A stretch of 64,000 nt of DNA. Origin: Cellvibrionales bacterium UBA1963. Lineage in GTDB: Bacteria > Pseudomonadota > Gammaproteobacteria > Pseudomonadales > UBA7434. This document shows positions 21,505-32,750 of the stretch, piece by piece (the first letter of the stretch is position 1; each line of letters starts with the position of its first letter). Location: contig DDED01000073.1 in the NCBI GenBank assembly GCA_002336035.1, positions 3,799-67,798 on the forward strand. The letters are read 5' to 3'. The position numbers and the translations under genes were made by a program. The notes under the pieces were generated by a model. The model did not search any database, was not told the origin of the DNA, and saw only the letters and a program-made list of their open reading frames with translations.

Positions 21505-22760
21505 CGATATTTTTTTTCATCAAACGGTAGTTGTGCGACACCGCTTTCAACTGCAGCCTTAGCAACAGCCGCAGATACTCTATGTAATAGGCGTGGATCG
21601 AGTGGTTTTGGAATAATATACTCTTTACCGAAACTGAGTTCTTTCAAACCACAAGCTTGAGCTACCGCGACAGGAACAGCCTCTCTAGCCAGATCTTTTA
21701 ATGCATGCACTGCGGCAATTTTCATTGCTTCATTAATTTGCCGCGCTCTAACGTCAAGCGCACCCCTAAAAATATAGGGAAAGCCCAGTACGTTATTCAC
21801 TTGGTTAGGTAAATCAGAACGGCCCGTCGCCATAATAATATCGTCGCGAGTCGCATGTGCGATGGCAGGTGCAATTTCCGGATCAGGATTTGAACAAGCA
21901 AAAATAACGGGGTTAGCGGCCATTGTCAAAAGCATCTCTGCAGCCAGTAAGTTCGAGCCTGAAAGTCCAATAAATACATCGGCATTAACGCATGCATCAC
22001 TCAATGTACGTGCCTCTGTCTCTATCGCAAACTCAGCTTTAAATTCATTCACTTCAGCTCTACCTTGATAGATAACACCTAAGCGATCAAGCATAATAAT
22101 ATTTTGGGCTTCGGCGCCTAAACTAATCAGTAACCGCATTCCTGCGATAGCCGCAGAGCCCGCGCCAAGGCAAACTATTTTAGCATTTGCAAGCGTTTTA
22201 CCTTGTAAATCAAGCGCATTAATTAATGCTGCAGCTGTGACAATTGCAGTCCCATGCTGATCATCATGAAAAACAGGTATATCGCACATAGCCTGCAACC
22301 GTCTTTCAATATCAAAACACTCAGGCGCCTTTATATCTTCAAGATTTATGCCACCAAAGGTTTTTGAAATATTCCTTACTGTCTCAATAAAACTTTCTGT
22401 GTCATTGGTATCAACTTCAATATCTATGGAATCAATTTTACCGAAGCGCTTAAATAATAAGGCCTTACCTTCCATTACAGGCTTACTTGCGAGCGCCCCC
22501 AAATTACCCAATCCAAGGATAGCGCTGCCATTACTGATCACTGCAACAAAATTACCTTTGATGGTGTAATCGTAGGCCCGTTCAGGATTTTCAGCAATCG
22601 CTCTTACTGGTTCAGCGACGCCTGGACTGTAGGCTAGGGCAAGATCATCTTGTGTCTCTGCCGAGGTAGTTAAAGCAATTGAGATTTTGCCTGGCTCAGG
22701 AAGAGCATGATAATCCAAGGCAGTCTGCTTAGGCGTGTCTTTAGAAAAGCGAGTTGTCAT
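21501..22760 (-). CDS. maeB: NAD(P)-dependent malic enzyme (short form, no PTA-like domain)
   Basis: ALDYHALPEPGKISI...LALAYSPGVAEP...VAVISNGSAILGLGNLG...NLEDIKAPECF. Start moved to the ATG at 22760. Confidence 0.88.
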   Translation of the reverse strand: MTTRFSKDTPKQTALDYHALPEPGKISIALTTSAETQDDLALAYSPGVAEPVRAIAENPERAYDYTIKGNFVAVISNGSAILGLGNLGALASKPVMEGKALLFKRFGKIDSIDIEVDTNDTESFIETVRNISKTFGGINLEDIKAPECFDIERRLQAMCDIPVFHDDQHGTAIVTAAALINALDLQGKTLANAKIVCLGAGSAAIAGMRLLISLGAEAQNIIMLDRLGVIYQGRAEVNEFKAEFAIETEARTLSDACVNADVFIGLSGSNLLAAEMLLTMAANPVIFACSNPDPEIAPAIAHATRDDIIMATGRSDLPNQVNNVLGFPYIFRGALDVRARQINEAMKIAAVHALKDLAREAVPVAVAQACGLKELSFGKEYIIPKPLDPRLLHRVSAAVAKAAVESGVAQLPFDEKKYR

Positions 22761-22990
22761 AATAAACCAAAAGAAGCTAATAAAATTGCTGCCCCATAAA
22801 TAAGAATGGGGAGACAAACTTATTCAGGCACAAAACGAACACACAGATTAAGGGTCTTATGCAACTATAAAAAGAAAAAGGTTGGGCAATTTGATGGATT
22901 ACTGTTATTCAGACAAGGTGGAGGCTAATAAATGACGTTTTTTATCAGTGGCTTATGAGGTCTGAGCGACTATGCCAGCAACACAGAACT

Positions 22991-23016
22991 GTCACTGACC
23001 GCAAGTGGCCAGTGAC
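22991..23016 (-). terminator. Possible intrinsic terminator hairpin after the L31 gene
   Basis: On the minus strand, GUCACUGGCC-ACUUGC-GGUCAGUGAC forms a 10-bp stem with one G.U pair, 14 nt after the stop. The downstream U-tract is weak (AGUUCUGUGUU). Confidence 0.35.
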
Positions 23017-23029
23017 ATCAGCACGCTCG

Positions 23030-23287
23030 CTACTTCTTAGTCGAGCGATTGCCAAAGCGTTTGTTAAAGCGGTCAACACGGCCACCGGTATCCAATATTT
23101 TTTGCTGACCGGTATAAAATGGGTGGGAGGCAGACGAAGTATCTACCGTACAGTAGGGATAGGTTTCACCATCCTTCCATTCTATTGTTTGGCTGGTTTT
23201 TAATGTTGAACGAGTCACAAAATATTCATCGACACTCGTGTCATGGAAAATAACAGTTTGGTATTCTGGATGTATATCAGCTTTCAT
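23030..23287 (-). CDS. rpmE2: Ribosomal protein L31, type B (Cys-less, zinc-independent form)
   Basis: [23 protein letters not shown]...[29 protein letters not shown]. It lacks the CxxC...CxxC knuckle of type A. AAGGA RBS before the ATG at 23287 (track ORF extends to 23383). Confidence 0.9.
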   Translation of the reverse strand: MKADIHPEYQTVIFHDTSVDEYFVTRSTLKTSQTIEWKDGETYPYCTVDTSSASHPFYTGQQKILDTGGRVDRFNKRFGNRSTKK

Positions 23288-23664
23288 GGATTGTCCTTGA
23301 TCAGTGTGGGATACCGCTCTCCGATTCACTAGCAAACCCACTATTGGGAGGTCAGCAACCGGTACCGTATCAACTTGCATCATTTAAAGAGCGCGAGATT
23401 CTACCAGAATCAAGCCAGCAAGCAAGTGAATTGGCCCGCATACACCGCTGTTATTTTGATCACTTTGTAGACTCTTGCCCGCTGAAACAAAAAAAAGCAT
23501 GCCAGGTCGCGCATAAAAATAAATAAACATTTAAAAACATAAGCTTAGCATTAACCTGAGTGATAAGTGATCGAAGCGAAATTTCTTGCTTCAACAGTTC
23601 GAGCCTATTAGGCCGAAACAGAGTAAACTTAAGCACAGACAAAACGACGCAACGATTATTCTTG

Positions 23665-25929
23665 ATGGCCCAGGATTCCAACCCCTCGATGAGTACCGCC
23701 CCCGCACAGATTATTCAAGTTGTGATTGCTTCTCCACTGCGGCAACACTTCGATTATTTGCCCGCTGCGGGTCAAATCGCTGAAAATTATCCAGTCGGGA
23801 GTCGCGTGCAGGTCCCTTTTGGGCGAAGGAATATGACCGGCGTAGTGATTGGCCATTCCGCCTTATCGACAATTGCAGCGGATAAACTGAAAACCATTAA
23901 ACAGTCACTCGATAGTTTTGCCCTTCTCAATCATGACATGCTGGCACTGGGTCGATGGATGAGCCAATATTACCACCACCCGCTGGGTGATACCGTTCTT
24001 AATTTATTGCCCAATACACTTCGTAAAGGCGGGCTTTATGACGCTTATACTCAGCAGTACTGGCAAATTACTCAACACGGCTCAGGGCTCAATGAAGAAG
24101 CAATAAACCGAGCGCCTAAACAGCAGTCATTGCTTAATCGACTGCGCGAACAGGCAACGAATAACGACAGCCATGCCGCCATTTCTGAACAACAACTAAA
24201 AGCCGAAGGACACTCTCGCCCTACCGCTCTGGCATTAGAAAAAAAAGCCTTAATCACCCGCTCTTCTCAAGGCTATTACCCCTCAGATTGCCAAAGTTTA
24301 CTGCTTGGTCAGGGCGATGACATACGGCCCACATTAAACACCGAGCAAATTGATGCCAATCAGTTAATTGACCACAGTCTTGGCAGCTTTGAGACTCTTT
24401 TGCTTGAAGGAATTACTGGCAGCGGTAAAACTGAAGTGTATTTACGCGCGATTGAAAAAGTATTAGCGCAGCAACAACAAGCGATGGTGCTGGTGCCTGA
24501 AATTGGGTTAACCCCTCAAACGATTCAACGGTTTGTTGCTCGTTTTAGCGTATCGATTGCTATTTTTCATTCAGGCTTAAACGATCGTGAGCGGCTTGCC
24601 GCCTGGACAGCCAGCAAAGAAGGTAAAGCAAGCATTATTATAGGAACGCGCTCTGCAGTGTTCACACCCACCCAAAATCTAGGCATTATTATTATTGATG
24701 AAGAACACGACAATTCCTACAAACAACAAGACGGTATCCGCTACTCAGCACGTGATGTGGCCATTATTTTAGCTCAAAAACAAAAAATACCCGTTATTCT
24801 CGGTTCCGCCACGCCATCACTAGAGACCTATGCTAACGTCAAGGCTAACAAATACGGGCATATAGTTCTTAAAAACCGAGCAGGTAACGCTAAACCGCCC
24901 AAGATTGAGCTTGTCGATATCCGGCGGTTAGCATTGCACCAAGGCTTTAGTGATCAGTCAATTAGTGCTATTAACCAGACGCTTGCTGAGGGTAAGCAGG
25001 CTATGGTGTTTGTGAATCGACGCGGCTTTGCGCCTCTATTGATGTGCCATGATTGCGGCTGGCAAGCACAGTGCGGCCAATGCGATGCTCGGCTCACACT
25101 CCATCAACGACCTGAAAATCTTCGCTGTCATCACTGCGACTTTAGAACAGCAGTGCCAAGCCACTGTCAGCAATGCCAATCAAACAACTTATTAAAAGTA
25201 GGTCAAGGCACCCAGCGGAGCGCCGAGACGTTAGCTGATTTATTTCCTCGGCATGAGATTATTCGTATTGACCGCGACAGCACACAAGGCAAGAAAGCCA
25301 TGGGAGCTCAAATCGAGGCCATTAATCGCGGTCATCCAGCAATACTTGTTGGCACTCAAATGCTCGCCAAAGGCCACCACTTCGCTGCACTCAGCTTGGT
25401 TGTGATATTAGACATTGACCAAGGGCTTTATAGCCCCGACTTTCGAAGTGCTGAAAAAACCTTGCAACTGCTGACCCAAGTAGCCGGCCGTGCAGGCCGA
25501 AGTGACACAATGGGTCGCGTGTTAATTCAAACTCATCTGCCTGATCATCCCCTGCTGATGAGTTGGCAACAGCACAGCTATCAAGGCATTAAAGCAACAT
25601 TAATGGCCGAGCGGGAACTGTATTCATTACCGCCTTTTACTCATATGGCCATATTGCGGGCAGACAGTCTAAAGCCCCAACAAGCCATGCAAGCCCTTAA
25701 TGACCTATTACGTGATCATAATGCAAATAACTACTGCCAAATCTTAGGACCATTAGCGACCATTATGGAAAAACGTGCAGGCAGACATCGCGCCCAGCTG
25801 GTCATAAAATCACAGCAGCGCAAAGCGCTTCATGGCACAGTTAAACAATTTATTCAGCAGCTTGAAGCAATGAAATTGCCCAGCGGTTTCCGCTGGGGGG
25901 TTGATATTGATCCGCAAGATGTTATCTAA
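23665..25929 (+). CDS. priA: Primosomal replication protein N' (helicase PriA)
   Basis: Walker A GITGSGKTEVY, DEEHD box, Cys-rich zinc region (CHDCGWQAQCGQCDARLTLH...CHHCDF..CQQC). The start is uncertain (ATG 23665 or 23689; track ORF starts at 23560). Confidence 0.92.
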   Translation: MAQDSNPSMSTAPAQIIQVVIASPLRQHFDYLPAAGQIAENYPVGSRVQVPFGRRNMTGVVIGHSALSTIAADKLKTIKQSLDSFALLNHDMLALGRWMSQYYHHPLGDTVLNLLPNTLRKGGLYDAYTQQYWQITQHGSGLNEEAINRAPKQQSLLNRLREQATNNDSHAAISEQQLKAEGHSRPTALALEKKALITRSSQGYYPSDCQSLLLGQGDDIRPTLNTEQIDANQLIDHSLGSFETLLLEGITGSGKTEVYLRAIEKVLAQQQQAMVLVPEIGLTPQTIQRFVARFSVSIAIFHSGLNDRERLAAWTASKEGKASIIIGTRSAVFTPTQNLGIIIIDEEHDNSYKQQDGIRYSARDVAIILAQKQKIPVILGSATPSLETYANVKANKYGHIVLKNRAGNAKPPKIELVDIRRLALHQGFSDQSISAINQTLAEGKQAMVFVNRRGFAPLLMCHDCGWQAQCGQCDARLTLHQRPENLRCHHCDFRTAVPSHCQQCQSNNLLKVGQGTQRSAETLADLFPRHEIIRIDRDSTQGKKAMGAQIEAINRGHPAILVGTQMLAKGHHFAALSLVVILDIDQGLYSPDFRSAEKTLQLLTQVAGRAGRSDTMGRVLIQTHLPDHPLLMSWQQHSYQGIKATLMAERELYSLPPFTHMAILRADSLKPQQAMQALNDLLRDHNANNYCQILGPLATIMEKRAGRHRAQLVIKSQQRKALHGTVKQFIQQLEAMKLPSGFRWGVDIDPQDVI

Positions 25930-26072
25930 GCACACGTCGACCTTGTCGGATGAGATAGGACTGGCCATAATGGCTAAGCCGATACGTTGATGCCACACTA
26001 CGGGCGGCGCTTTTAAGACGCTAAGACACTGATTCATCCAGCGTCGCCATAAAATCTGAGACCACTGCATAC

Positions 26073-27779
26073 ATGAAAGACATTATCCAACAACTCATTC
26101 AACAGGCCATTGAAGGCTTGATCAGCAATAAAACACTGCCGCCGGTCACCCTTCCTAGCATAAAAGTTGAGCGCACTCGCGATCCCAGTCACGGTGATTT
26201 GGCCTGTAATATTGCCTTGGCGCTAGCAAAATCTAGCGGTTTGGCGCCTCGAGAACTGGCCACATTAATTTGCGAAAACCTTCCCGCTAATCAACTGATT
26301 TTAAGCACCGAAATTGCCGGCCCCGGTTTTATCAATTTTTTCTTAGCAAAAACTGCAAAAACCGACGTGGTTCTGCAGATACTCGAACAAGCAGCATGTT
26401 TTGGCCATAACCAACAGGGCCATGACGAAGCAGGCAAGCCTCGCAACGCTCAGGTCGAGTTTGTCTCTGCTAACCCAACTGGACCGCTGCATGTCGGACA
26501 TGGTAGAGGAGCGGCTGTTGGCGATAGTATTTGCCGTCTCCTCAGCGCCAGCGGTTGGAATGTGACCCGTGAGTTTTATTATAATGATGCGGGTCAACAA
26601 ATTAATAATTTAGCCACCTCGGTGCAATTGCGCTGTCAGGGTGTTGGCCCTGATGACTCTCAATGGCCAGAAGACGGGTATCGTGGCGAATACATTGTAG
26701 AATTAGCTGCTGACTACATGGCGGGTAAACCGATAAACGGAGCGCTGGCATTGGCCGAGGCTAATAATAGTGCTGCAATTCGTGATTATGCGGTGGCTTA
26801 TTTGCGTAATGAGCAAGATATCGATCTTAAGGCATTTCGGGTTGGCTTCGATGTCTACTCATTAGAGTCAGCTCTTTACAGTGAGGGAAAAGTCGATTCG
26901 ACGGTAGCAGCATTGATCGCTAACGGTTTTACCTATGAAGCTGATGGTGCATTGTGGTTAAAAACGACTGATTTTGGCGATGACAAGGACCGAGTCATGC
27001 GTAAGTCAGACGGTAGCTATACTTATTTTGTTCCCGACGTCGCTTATCATTTAGGGAAATGGCAACGCGGTTTTAAAACGGTAATTAACGAGCAAGGTGC
27101 TGACCATCACAGCACAATCACACGTGTTAGGGCTGGTTTACAAGCTTTAAATGTTGGCATTCCCAAAGGTTGGCCTGACTATGTCTTGCATCAAATGGTC
27201 ACTGTAATGCGCGATGGTGTAGAAGTAAAAATCTCTAAACGTGCAGGTAGCTATGTAACCTTAAGTGACTTAATTGAACAAGTAGGCTGTGATGCAACAC
27301 GTTACTTTTTAGTTGCACGACGAGCAGACTCACAATTAACATTTGATATTGATTTGGCGTTACAAAAAAGCAACGATAACCCTGTTTTTTATATCCAATA
27401 CGCGCACGCTAGAGTCTGCAGTGTGATGCGGCAGGCGGTTGAAAAATGGAAGCCTTTTGATTTGACCATAGGAAAAGAACATCTAAATTTGCTGACTAGC
27501 GATGCCGAACTGGCGTTACTGAAAACTCTAGCTGCCTATCCAGACTGTGTGGCGAGCAGTGCACGGGACTTCGCACCGCATAACGTAGCAAGCTACCTGC
27601 GTGACCTGGCCGCTAATCTTCATGCCTGGTATGCCAGCGGCTCACAACAAAAGGAATGGCAATTATTAGTCGCTGACGACACACTACGCAACGCCCGATT
27701 AACATTGGCCGAAGCCAGTCGCCAGGTGATCGAAAATGGCTTAGAATTACTCGGCGTTAGCGCACCTGAAAAAATGTAA
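26073..27779 (+). CDS. argS: Arginyl-tRNA synthetase
   Basis: 568 aa. HIGH-type motif [16 protein letters not shown]. The C-terminal anticodon-binding domain ends ...GVSAPEKM. Confidence 0.95.
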   Translation: MKDIIQQLIQQAIEGLISNKTLPPVTLPSIKVERTRDPSHGDLACNIALALAKSSGLAPRELATLICENLPANQLILSTEIAGPGFINFFLAKTAKTDVVLQILEQAACFGHNQQGHDEAGKPRNAQVEFVSANPTGPLHVGHGRGAAVGDSICRLLSASGWNVTREFYYNDAGQQINNLATSVQLRCQGVGPDDSQWPEDGYRGEYIVELAADYMAGKPINGALALAEANNSAAIRDYAVAYLRNEQDIDLKAFRVGFDVYSLESALYSEGKVDSTVAALIANGFTYEADGALWLKTTDFGDDKDRVMRKSDGSYTYFVPDVAYHLGKWQRGFKTVINEQGADHHSTITRVRAGLQALNVGIPKGWPDYVLHQMVTVMRDGVEVKISKRAGSYVTLSDLIEQVGCDATRYFLVARRADSQLTFDIDLALQKSNDNPVFYIQYAHARVCSVMRQAVEKWKPFDLTIGKEHLNLLTSDAELALLKTLAAYPDCVASSARDFAPHNVASYLRDLAANLHAWYASGSQQKEWQLLVADDTLRNARLTLAEASRQVIENGLELLGVSAPEKM

Positions 27780-27853
27780 AATGATGCATTTATTAAATCT
27801 AGATCCAGCCTTATCCATTCGGTTTTCGGATCCAGCCAAGGGCACTCTCTAAT

Positions 27854-28402
27854 ATGGTTAATAAAAAAAACAACGCAAAACCCAAAAAAAATCGCCCACG
27901 CGATCAAGCCGCACTCTCCAATCTACGCGTCTCATCAACCATTATTATTGCTCTTATATTTGCCTTAGGATTGTATTTTATCAGTACGATAGAAATTGAC
28001 AGCAGCAAAATTAAAGAGCCATCCAGCGATAAAAATATTCCGACACAAGAAGAGTCACTAAACCATAAAAAACAAGCGTTTACTTTTTATGATAAATTTA
28101 AACAAAATGCCGTCGAGATCAAAAAATTAAACGTCAACAAAAACCTTAGCAACGATAAACAAGAGACCGTTTACCTCGTTCAAGCAGGCTCTTTTCAAAC
28201 AGAAGAGCAAGCTGAGCAACGGTTAGTTGAGTTAACGTTACTGGGATTTGAACCTGACATTCATGCAAGTGTCAATGTATCAGGAAACCGGTGGCACCGA
28301 GTCACTGTTGGGCCTTACACGTCACGCCGCGAAGTGACTGCAGCTCAGTCAATATTAATGGCTAACAACCTTGAAACGATGGTAAGAGAAGAAACACGAT
28401 AA
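27854..28402 (+). CDS. SPOR-domain membrane protein (FtsN-like)
   Basis: 182 aa. Basic N-terminus, TM (IIIALIFALGLYFI) and C-terminal SPOR (VYLVQAGSFQTEEQAEQRLVELTLLGFEPDI...WHRVTVGPYTSRREVTAAQ). Confidence 0.8.
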   Translation: MVNKKNNAKPKKNRPRDQAALSNLRVSSTIIIALIFALGLYFISTIEIDSSKIKEPSSDKNIPTQEESLNHKKQAFTFYDKFKQNAVEIKKLNVNKNLSNDKQETVYLVQAGSFQTEEQAEQRLVELTLLGFEPDIHASVNVSGNRWHRVTVGPYTSRREVTAAQSILMANNLETMVREETR

Positions 28403-28443
28403 CCTACGGTACAATGAAAAAATAAACATTAAAGGTGTTACTA

Positions 28444-28986
28444 ATGGAGCAATACAGGGGAACCACAATTTTATCGGTACGCCGCAATGGTCATGTCGTC
28501 ATCGGTGGCGACGGACAAGTATCAATGGGCAACACCATCATGAAAGGCAATGCTCGAAAAGTCAGGCGCCTTTATCGTGGTGGCGTTATTGCAGGATTCG
28601 CTGGCGGCACAGCCGATGCCTTTGCATTATTTGAACGTTTTGAAGCCCAACTCGAAAAGTATCAAGGCCACCTAACCAGAGCCGCAGTCGAGCTTGCTAA
28701 AGACTGGCGAACCGATCGCTCACTAAGACGACTGGAAGCACTTTTAGCGGTTGCTGACGCTAAAACCTCACTCATAATTACAGGCAATGGCGATGTCATT
28801 GAGCCCGAAGACAGCTTAATTGCGATCGGCTCAGGTGGGCCTTTTGCTCAGAGCGCCGCTCGGGCATTGCTCGACAATACTGAGCTTAGTGCAGAAGATA
28901 TCGTCAAAAAAGGACTGGCGATTGCTGGAGATATTTGTATTTATACAAACCATAACCAAACTATTGAAAGCTTAGAAACTAATTAG
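28444..28986 (+). CDS. hslV: ATP-dependent protease subunit HslV
   Basis: ...[38 protein letters not shown]... The ATG at 28444 leaves a 6-residue MEQYRG extension before the catalytic Thr. Confidence 0.93.
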   Translation: MEQYRGTTILSVRRNGHVVIGGDGQVSMGNTIMKGNARKVRRLYRGGVIAGFAGGTADAFALFERFEAQLEKYQGHLTRAAVELAKDWRTDRSLRRLEALLAVADAKTSLIITGNGDVIEPEDSLIAIGSGGPFAQSAARALLDNTELSAEDIVKKGLAIAGDICIYTNHNQTIESLETN

Positions 28987-29028
28987 TAACAAATTATAAT
29001 CCCGTAAATGATGAGGTTAATCAGATAA

Positions 29029-30345
29029 ATGTCGATGACACCAAGAGAAATTGTACACGAACTTGATAGGCACATTGTTGGCCAAAGCGCTGCGAAACGA
29101 GCAGTTTCAATCGCATTACGTAACCGCTGGCGAAGAATGCAATTAGCCGAAGATTTTCGTGGCGAGATCACACCGAAGAATATACTCATGATTGGCCCTA
29201 CAGGCGTCGGCAAAACTGAAATTGCTCGCCGACTTGCCAAACTAGCAAATGCACCATTCATTAAGATTGAAGCCACAAAATTCACTGAAGTCGGTTATGT
29301 CGGACGAGACGTTGAATCTATTATTCGAGACCTTGTAGATGTAGCAATTAAAAACCATCGGGAAAGCGCCGTAGCAAAAGTGGATCATCGAGCTTGCGAA
29401 GCAGCTGAAGAACGTATTTTAGATGCGCTACTACCCTCGGCAAGAGACATTGATGAAAGCGAAAAGCAGACTCAAACCCGTCAATTATTTCGAAAAAAAT
29501 TGCGCGAAGGTGAACTTGACGATAAGGAAATCAATATTGAACTTATCGATTCACCTGTAGGTATTGAAATAATGGCCCCCCCAGGCATGGAAGACATGAC
29601 TAATCAGTTGCAGGGCATGTTTTCAAATTTCTCTAAGGACAAAAAAATCACCCGCAAACTCATGGTCAAAGATGCTTTAAAACAACTAAAGGATGAGGAG
29701 GCCAATAAACTTATCAACCAAGACGAGCTAAAAGCCGACGCCATCCAAGCTGCAGAACAAACTGGTATTGTGTTTATTGATGAGATTGATAAAGTCGCAA
29801 AACGCCAGGAAGTCGGTGGCGGAGATGTTTCTCGCGAAGGTGTGCAGCGCGATCTTTTACCTTTAATCGAAGGAAGTACAATTAGCACTAAACATGGCTC
29901 CATTAAAACTGACCACATTCTATTTATTGCTTCTGGCGCTTTTCATTTGTCAAAACCTTCCGATTTGATTCCTGAGTTGCAGGGCCGCTTGCCTATTCGA
30001 GTTGAACTCGACCCCTTATCTGCCGATGATTTTGAAAAGATATTAACCGAACCTCACGCGTCGTTGACCGAGCAGTATCAGGCACTATTAGAGACAGAAG
30101 GATTGCGTCTTGAATTCACGCCAGACGGCATTGCTAGCATTGCGCAAACTGCATGGCAAGTTAATGAAAAAACTGAAAATATTGGCGCACGTAGGTTGCA
30201 TACGATTCTGGAAAGGCTGCTAGAAAGCGCGTCTTTTGAAGCCAGCGATCTTGGTGGCCAGCGTATCATAGTTGATCAAAAATACGTTGACCAGCAACTG
30301 CAAGCACTCGCAGCCGATGAAGATCTAAGCCGGTTTATTTTATAA
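29029..30345 (+). CDS. hslU: ATP-dependent protease ATPase subunit HslU
   Basis: 438 aa. [21 protein letters not shown], Walker [16 protein letters not shown], Walker [11 protein letters not shown]. Confidence 0.96.
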   Translation: MSMTPREIVHELDRHIVGQSAAKRAVSIALRNRWRRMQLAEDFRGEITPKNILMIGPTGVGKTEIARRLAKLANAPFIKIEATKFTEVGYVGRDVESIIRDLVDVAIKNHRESAVAKVDHRACEAAEERILDALLPSARDIDESEKQTQTRQLFRKKLREGELDDKEINIELIDSPVGIEIMAPPGMEDMTNQLQGMFSNFSKDKKITRKLMVKDALKQLKDEEANKLINQDELKADAIQAAEQTGIVFIDEIDKVAKRQEVGGGDVSREGVQRDLLPLIEGSTISTKHGSIKTDHILFIASGAFHLSKPSDLIPELQGRLPIRVELDPLSADDFEKILTEPHASLTEQYQALLETEGLRLEFTPDGIASIAQTAWQVNEKTENIGARRLHTILERLLESASFEASDLGGQRIIVDQKYVDQQLQALAADEDLSRFIL

Positions 30346-30380
30346 ATAATAGCAGCTCTAATTTTTCAAATGAGTCAGTC

Positions 30381-30752
30381 GTGAAACCACAGAAAATTCA
30401 ATTACACAAAATTTCTAAACAGCTCGAGTTAGTGTTCAACACTAATCAGCGATATTTACTCAGCGCTGAATACCTCAGGGTTCTCTCGCCTTCAGCAGAA
30501 GTCAGAGGACACCACCCAAACCAAGCAACTCTCCAGTTTGGAAAAAAAGACATTGGCATCACATCAATTGCCAGTGTTGGCAACTACGCCATACAGATTT
30601 TTTTTGATGACCAGCACGACAGTGGCATTTATTCGTGGGAATACTTACATCAATTATGCGTCAAGCATGATGACTACTGGCAAAGCTATCTTGCTCAGCT
30701 AAAACGATCAAATAAATGCCGCGAAGCCAATGTCGACATTATTAAATTTTAG
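30381..30752 (+). CDS. DUF971 (gamma-butyrobetaine-hydroxylase-like N-terminal domain) protein
   Basis: 123 aa with a GTG start. Pattern ...LSAEYLRVLSPSAEVRGH...YAIQIFFDDQHDSGIYSWEYL, located after hslU as in Pseudomonas. Confidence 0.7.
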   Translation: MKPQKIQLHKISKQLELVFNTNQRYLLSAEYLRVLSPSAEVRGHHPNQATLQFGKKDIGITSIASVGNYAIQIFFDDQHDSGIYSWEYLHQLCVKHDDYWQSYLAQLKRSNKCREANVDIIKF

Positions 30753-30774
30753 CTACCTACTTACCTTTGATAAG

Positions 30775-31278
30775 CTATTTTTTCATGCGCGAAGAAAAAT
30801 CCCAAGCCGTTAACCATTTAGGTGAAATTTGCAAAACATATTCATCCTCACTGCGGCTTAACAGCCATTTTGCAAGATAAGCATCTGGTTCAACCGCATA
30901 TCTTTTGAAGAGTTGATTCAGTAACAGCTCAGCATTGCCTAACGCCATGCTAACGACGCCCTGACCGCGGACGCCACTATAAGGCATGCTGTCAGCGGCC
31001 ACCTCAAAACCACATTTTTCATTCAGTAAAAATCGCTTAGCTACCAGAGAAGATCGATGAATAGCACAAAAGAAACAATCATGCTGATAGATAAACCATA
31101 ATGATGACACTAAGGGGAATCCGTCTGAGCCCACGCTCGAAATTCTTAAAGGTATTTTGCTCTGCGATAAAAAAATTTCTATTTCCGTCAGGGTCATTTG
31201 ACTAGACGGCTTGACTAAAAAAGGTTGATCAGTCATTAAAATACCCATTCTTAAACACGTTTGTATTGCCTGAATCAT
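30775..31278 (-). CDS. Pyridoxamine-5'-phosphate-oxidase-like (split-barrel FMN-binding) family protein
   Basis: About 150-167 aa. Pattern ...LRISSVGSDGFPLVSSLWFIY....VRGQGV. resembles the PNPOx-like family. Start uncertain. Confidence 0.45.
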   Translation of the reverse strand: MIQAIQTCLRMGILMTDQPFLVKPSSQMTLTEIEIFLSQSKIPLRISSVGSDGFPLVSSLWFIYQHDCFFCAIHRSSLVAKRFLLNEKCGFEVAADSMPYSGVRGQGVVSMALGNAELLLNQLFKRYAVEPDAYLAKWLLSRSEDEYVLQISPKWLTAWDFSSRMKK

Positions 31279-31407
31279 ACAATTCTTAATAAAACTAAAC
31301 TATCATAAATGTAAGGCATGAAGGCCAGACTGTATACTATATTCATTTAATACGTATTTTTTGTCTTTAAAAACTCGCCACATCAAGACCCATTAAAAGG
31401 AAAAAAA

Positions 31408-31797
31408 ATGAACACAATCGTTAATATCTTATTTGCAGTAGCCATGATGCCTATTATTTTAAATTTTATCAGCCACTATTTTAAACACAAAGAGTTTGGC
31501 GTGGTCGATAACAATAATCCGCGTCAACAAGCTGCTGGACTGAGCGGCGCTGGTAGTAGAAGCATCGCGGCTCAACAAAATGCTTGGGAAGCCTTGCCGT
31601 TGTTTTCTGCTGCTATTTTAGGTGCTTATTTAATGGGCGCAAGTGCCGATCAAATGCTACTCCCTGCCTATATTTTTCTTGGCATGCGGGTAGCACACGC
31701 TATTTGCTATTTGGCTGATTTAGCAATTTTACGCTCAATCGTCTGGATAATCGGCCTAATCAGCTGCATCTGGATTCTCCAGCTAGGCGCTGGATAA
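31408..31797 (+). CDS. MAPEG-family membrane protein
   Basis: 129 aa, 3-4 TM helices. R-Q..A..NAWEALPLF and LRVAHAICY motifs typical of MAPEG. Confidence 0.65.
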   Translation: MNTIVNILFAVAMMPIILNFISHYFKHKEFGVVDNNNPRQQAAGLSGAGSRSIAAQQNAWEALPLFSAAILGAYLMGASADQMLLPAYIFLGMRVAHAICYLADLAILRSIVWIIGLISCIWILQLGAG

Positions 31798-31946
31798 GCG
31801 CATTTCTTTATAACTGATCACTGGATGACAGTGGCCTCCTGGCAGGCTGGTCTATTTTCTTAGCCGCTAGGAGAGTACAATATTACCTCATAGGCTGGCC
31901 AAGCTTTAATGAATATTGTTTTAGTCCGGCTAAGAAAGAGGTAACG

Positions 31947-32735
31947 ATGGATAACCAACACCCTGAAACTGATGCATCGGTTGATTCTAATGAATCCACC
32001 ACTACTCATTTTGGCTTTCAGCAAGTCGATAAAGACAAAAAAGCAGGGTTAGTCGGGCAGGTTTTTACTTCCGTTGCAAGTCGCTATGACATTATGAATG
32101 ATTTGATGTCAGCTGGCATCCATCGGCTCTGGAAACGTTTTACCATTGAAGTGTCAGCTGTTCGTCAAGGGCATCGAGTGCTTGACCTGGCGGGAGGCAC
32201 TGGCGATCTGGCGGCTAAATTTAGTCGCTTAGTTGGTGATGAAGGCGAGGTTATCTTATCTGATATCAACCAATCGATGCTAGCAACAGGGCGAGACAAA
32301 CAAACTGATTTAGGCAATACAGATAATATTAGCTATGTTCTTGGTGATGCGCAATATCTGCCGTTTCAATCAGACTACTTTGACTGTGTCACAATTGGCT
32401 TTGGCCTTCGCAACGTCACCGATAAAGACCTAGCCTTACGCTCTATTTTGCGCGTACTGAAACCAGGTGGACGTTTATTAGTATTGGAATTCTCAACGCC
32501 TACGAATCCTTTATTATCAAAAATTTATGACGGTTACTCCTTTAAATTACTTCCTAAAATTGGCAAATTAATCGCCCAAGATGAAGAAAGCTATCGCTAT
32601 CTTGCTGAATCGATTCGAATGCACCCTGATCAGGAAACACTGAACGATATGTTGGAAGATGCCGGTTTTGTTAATTGTGAATATCATAATATGACTGGTG
32701 GTATCGTGGCAGTCCATAAGGGCATAAAGGCATAA
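31947..32735 (+). CDS. ubiE: Ubiquinone/menaquinone C-methyltransferase
   Basis: 262 aa. TTHFGFQQV....K...[37 protein letters not shown]. Confidence 0.95.
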   Translation: MDNQHPETDASVDSNESTTTHFGFQQVDKDKKAGLVGQVFTSVASRYDIMNDLMSAGIHRLWKRFTIEVSAVRQGHRVLDLAGGTGDLAAKFSRLVGDEGEVILSDINQSMLATGRDKQTDLGNTDNISYVLGDAQYLPFQSDYFDCVTIGFGLRNVTDKDLALRSILRVLKPGGRLLVLEFSTPTNPLLSKIYDGYSFKLLPKIGKLIAQDEESYRYLAESIRMHPDQETLNDMLEDAGFVNCEYHNMTGGIVAVHKGIKA

Positions 32736-32750
32736 ACGGGTCACTATCAC

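Noticed and set aside
27780-27853. Direct repeat GATCCAGCC twice, 28 bp apart, after argS.
   Set aside because: It is short, is not an inverted repeat and so cannot form a terminator hairpin, and has no obvious function. It is likely chance.
28983-29285. 100-aa ORF antisense to the start of hslU. Other antisense or out-of-frame ORFs in the track include 2165-2578, 14638-14925, 29604-29918, 40728-41018, 58962-59402 and 61468-61686.
   Set aside because: These are shadow ORFs lying entirely within strongly supported genes. For example, [10 protein letters not shown] is simply the reverse reading of the HslU P-loop. They have no start context and their composition is implausible.
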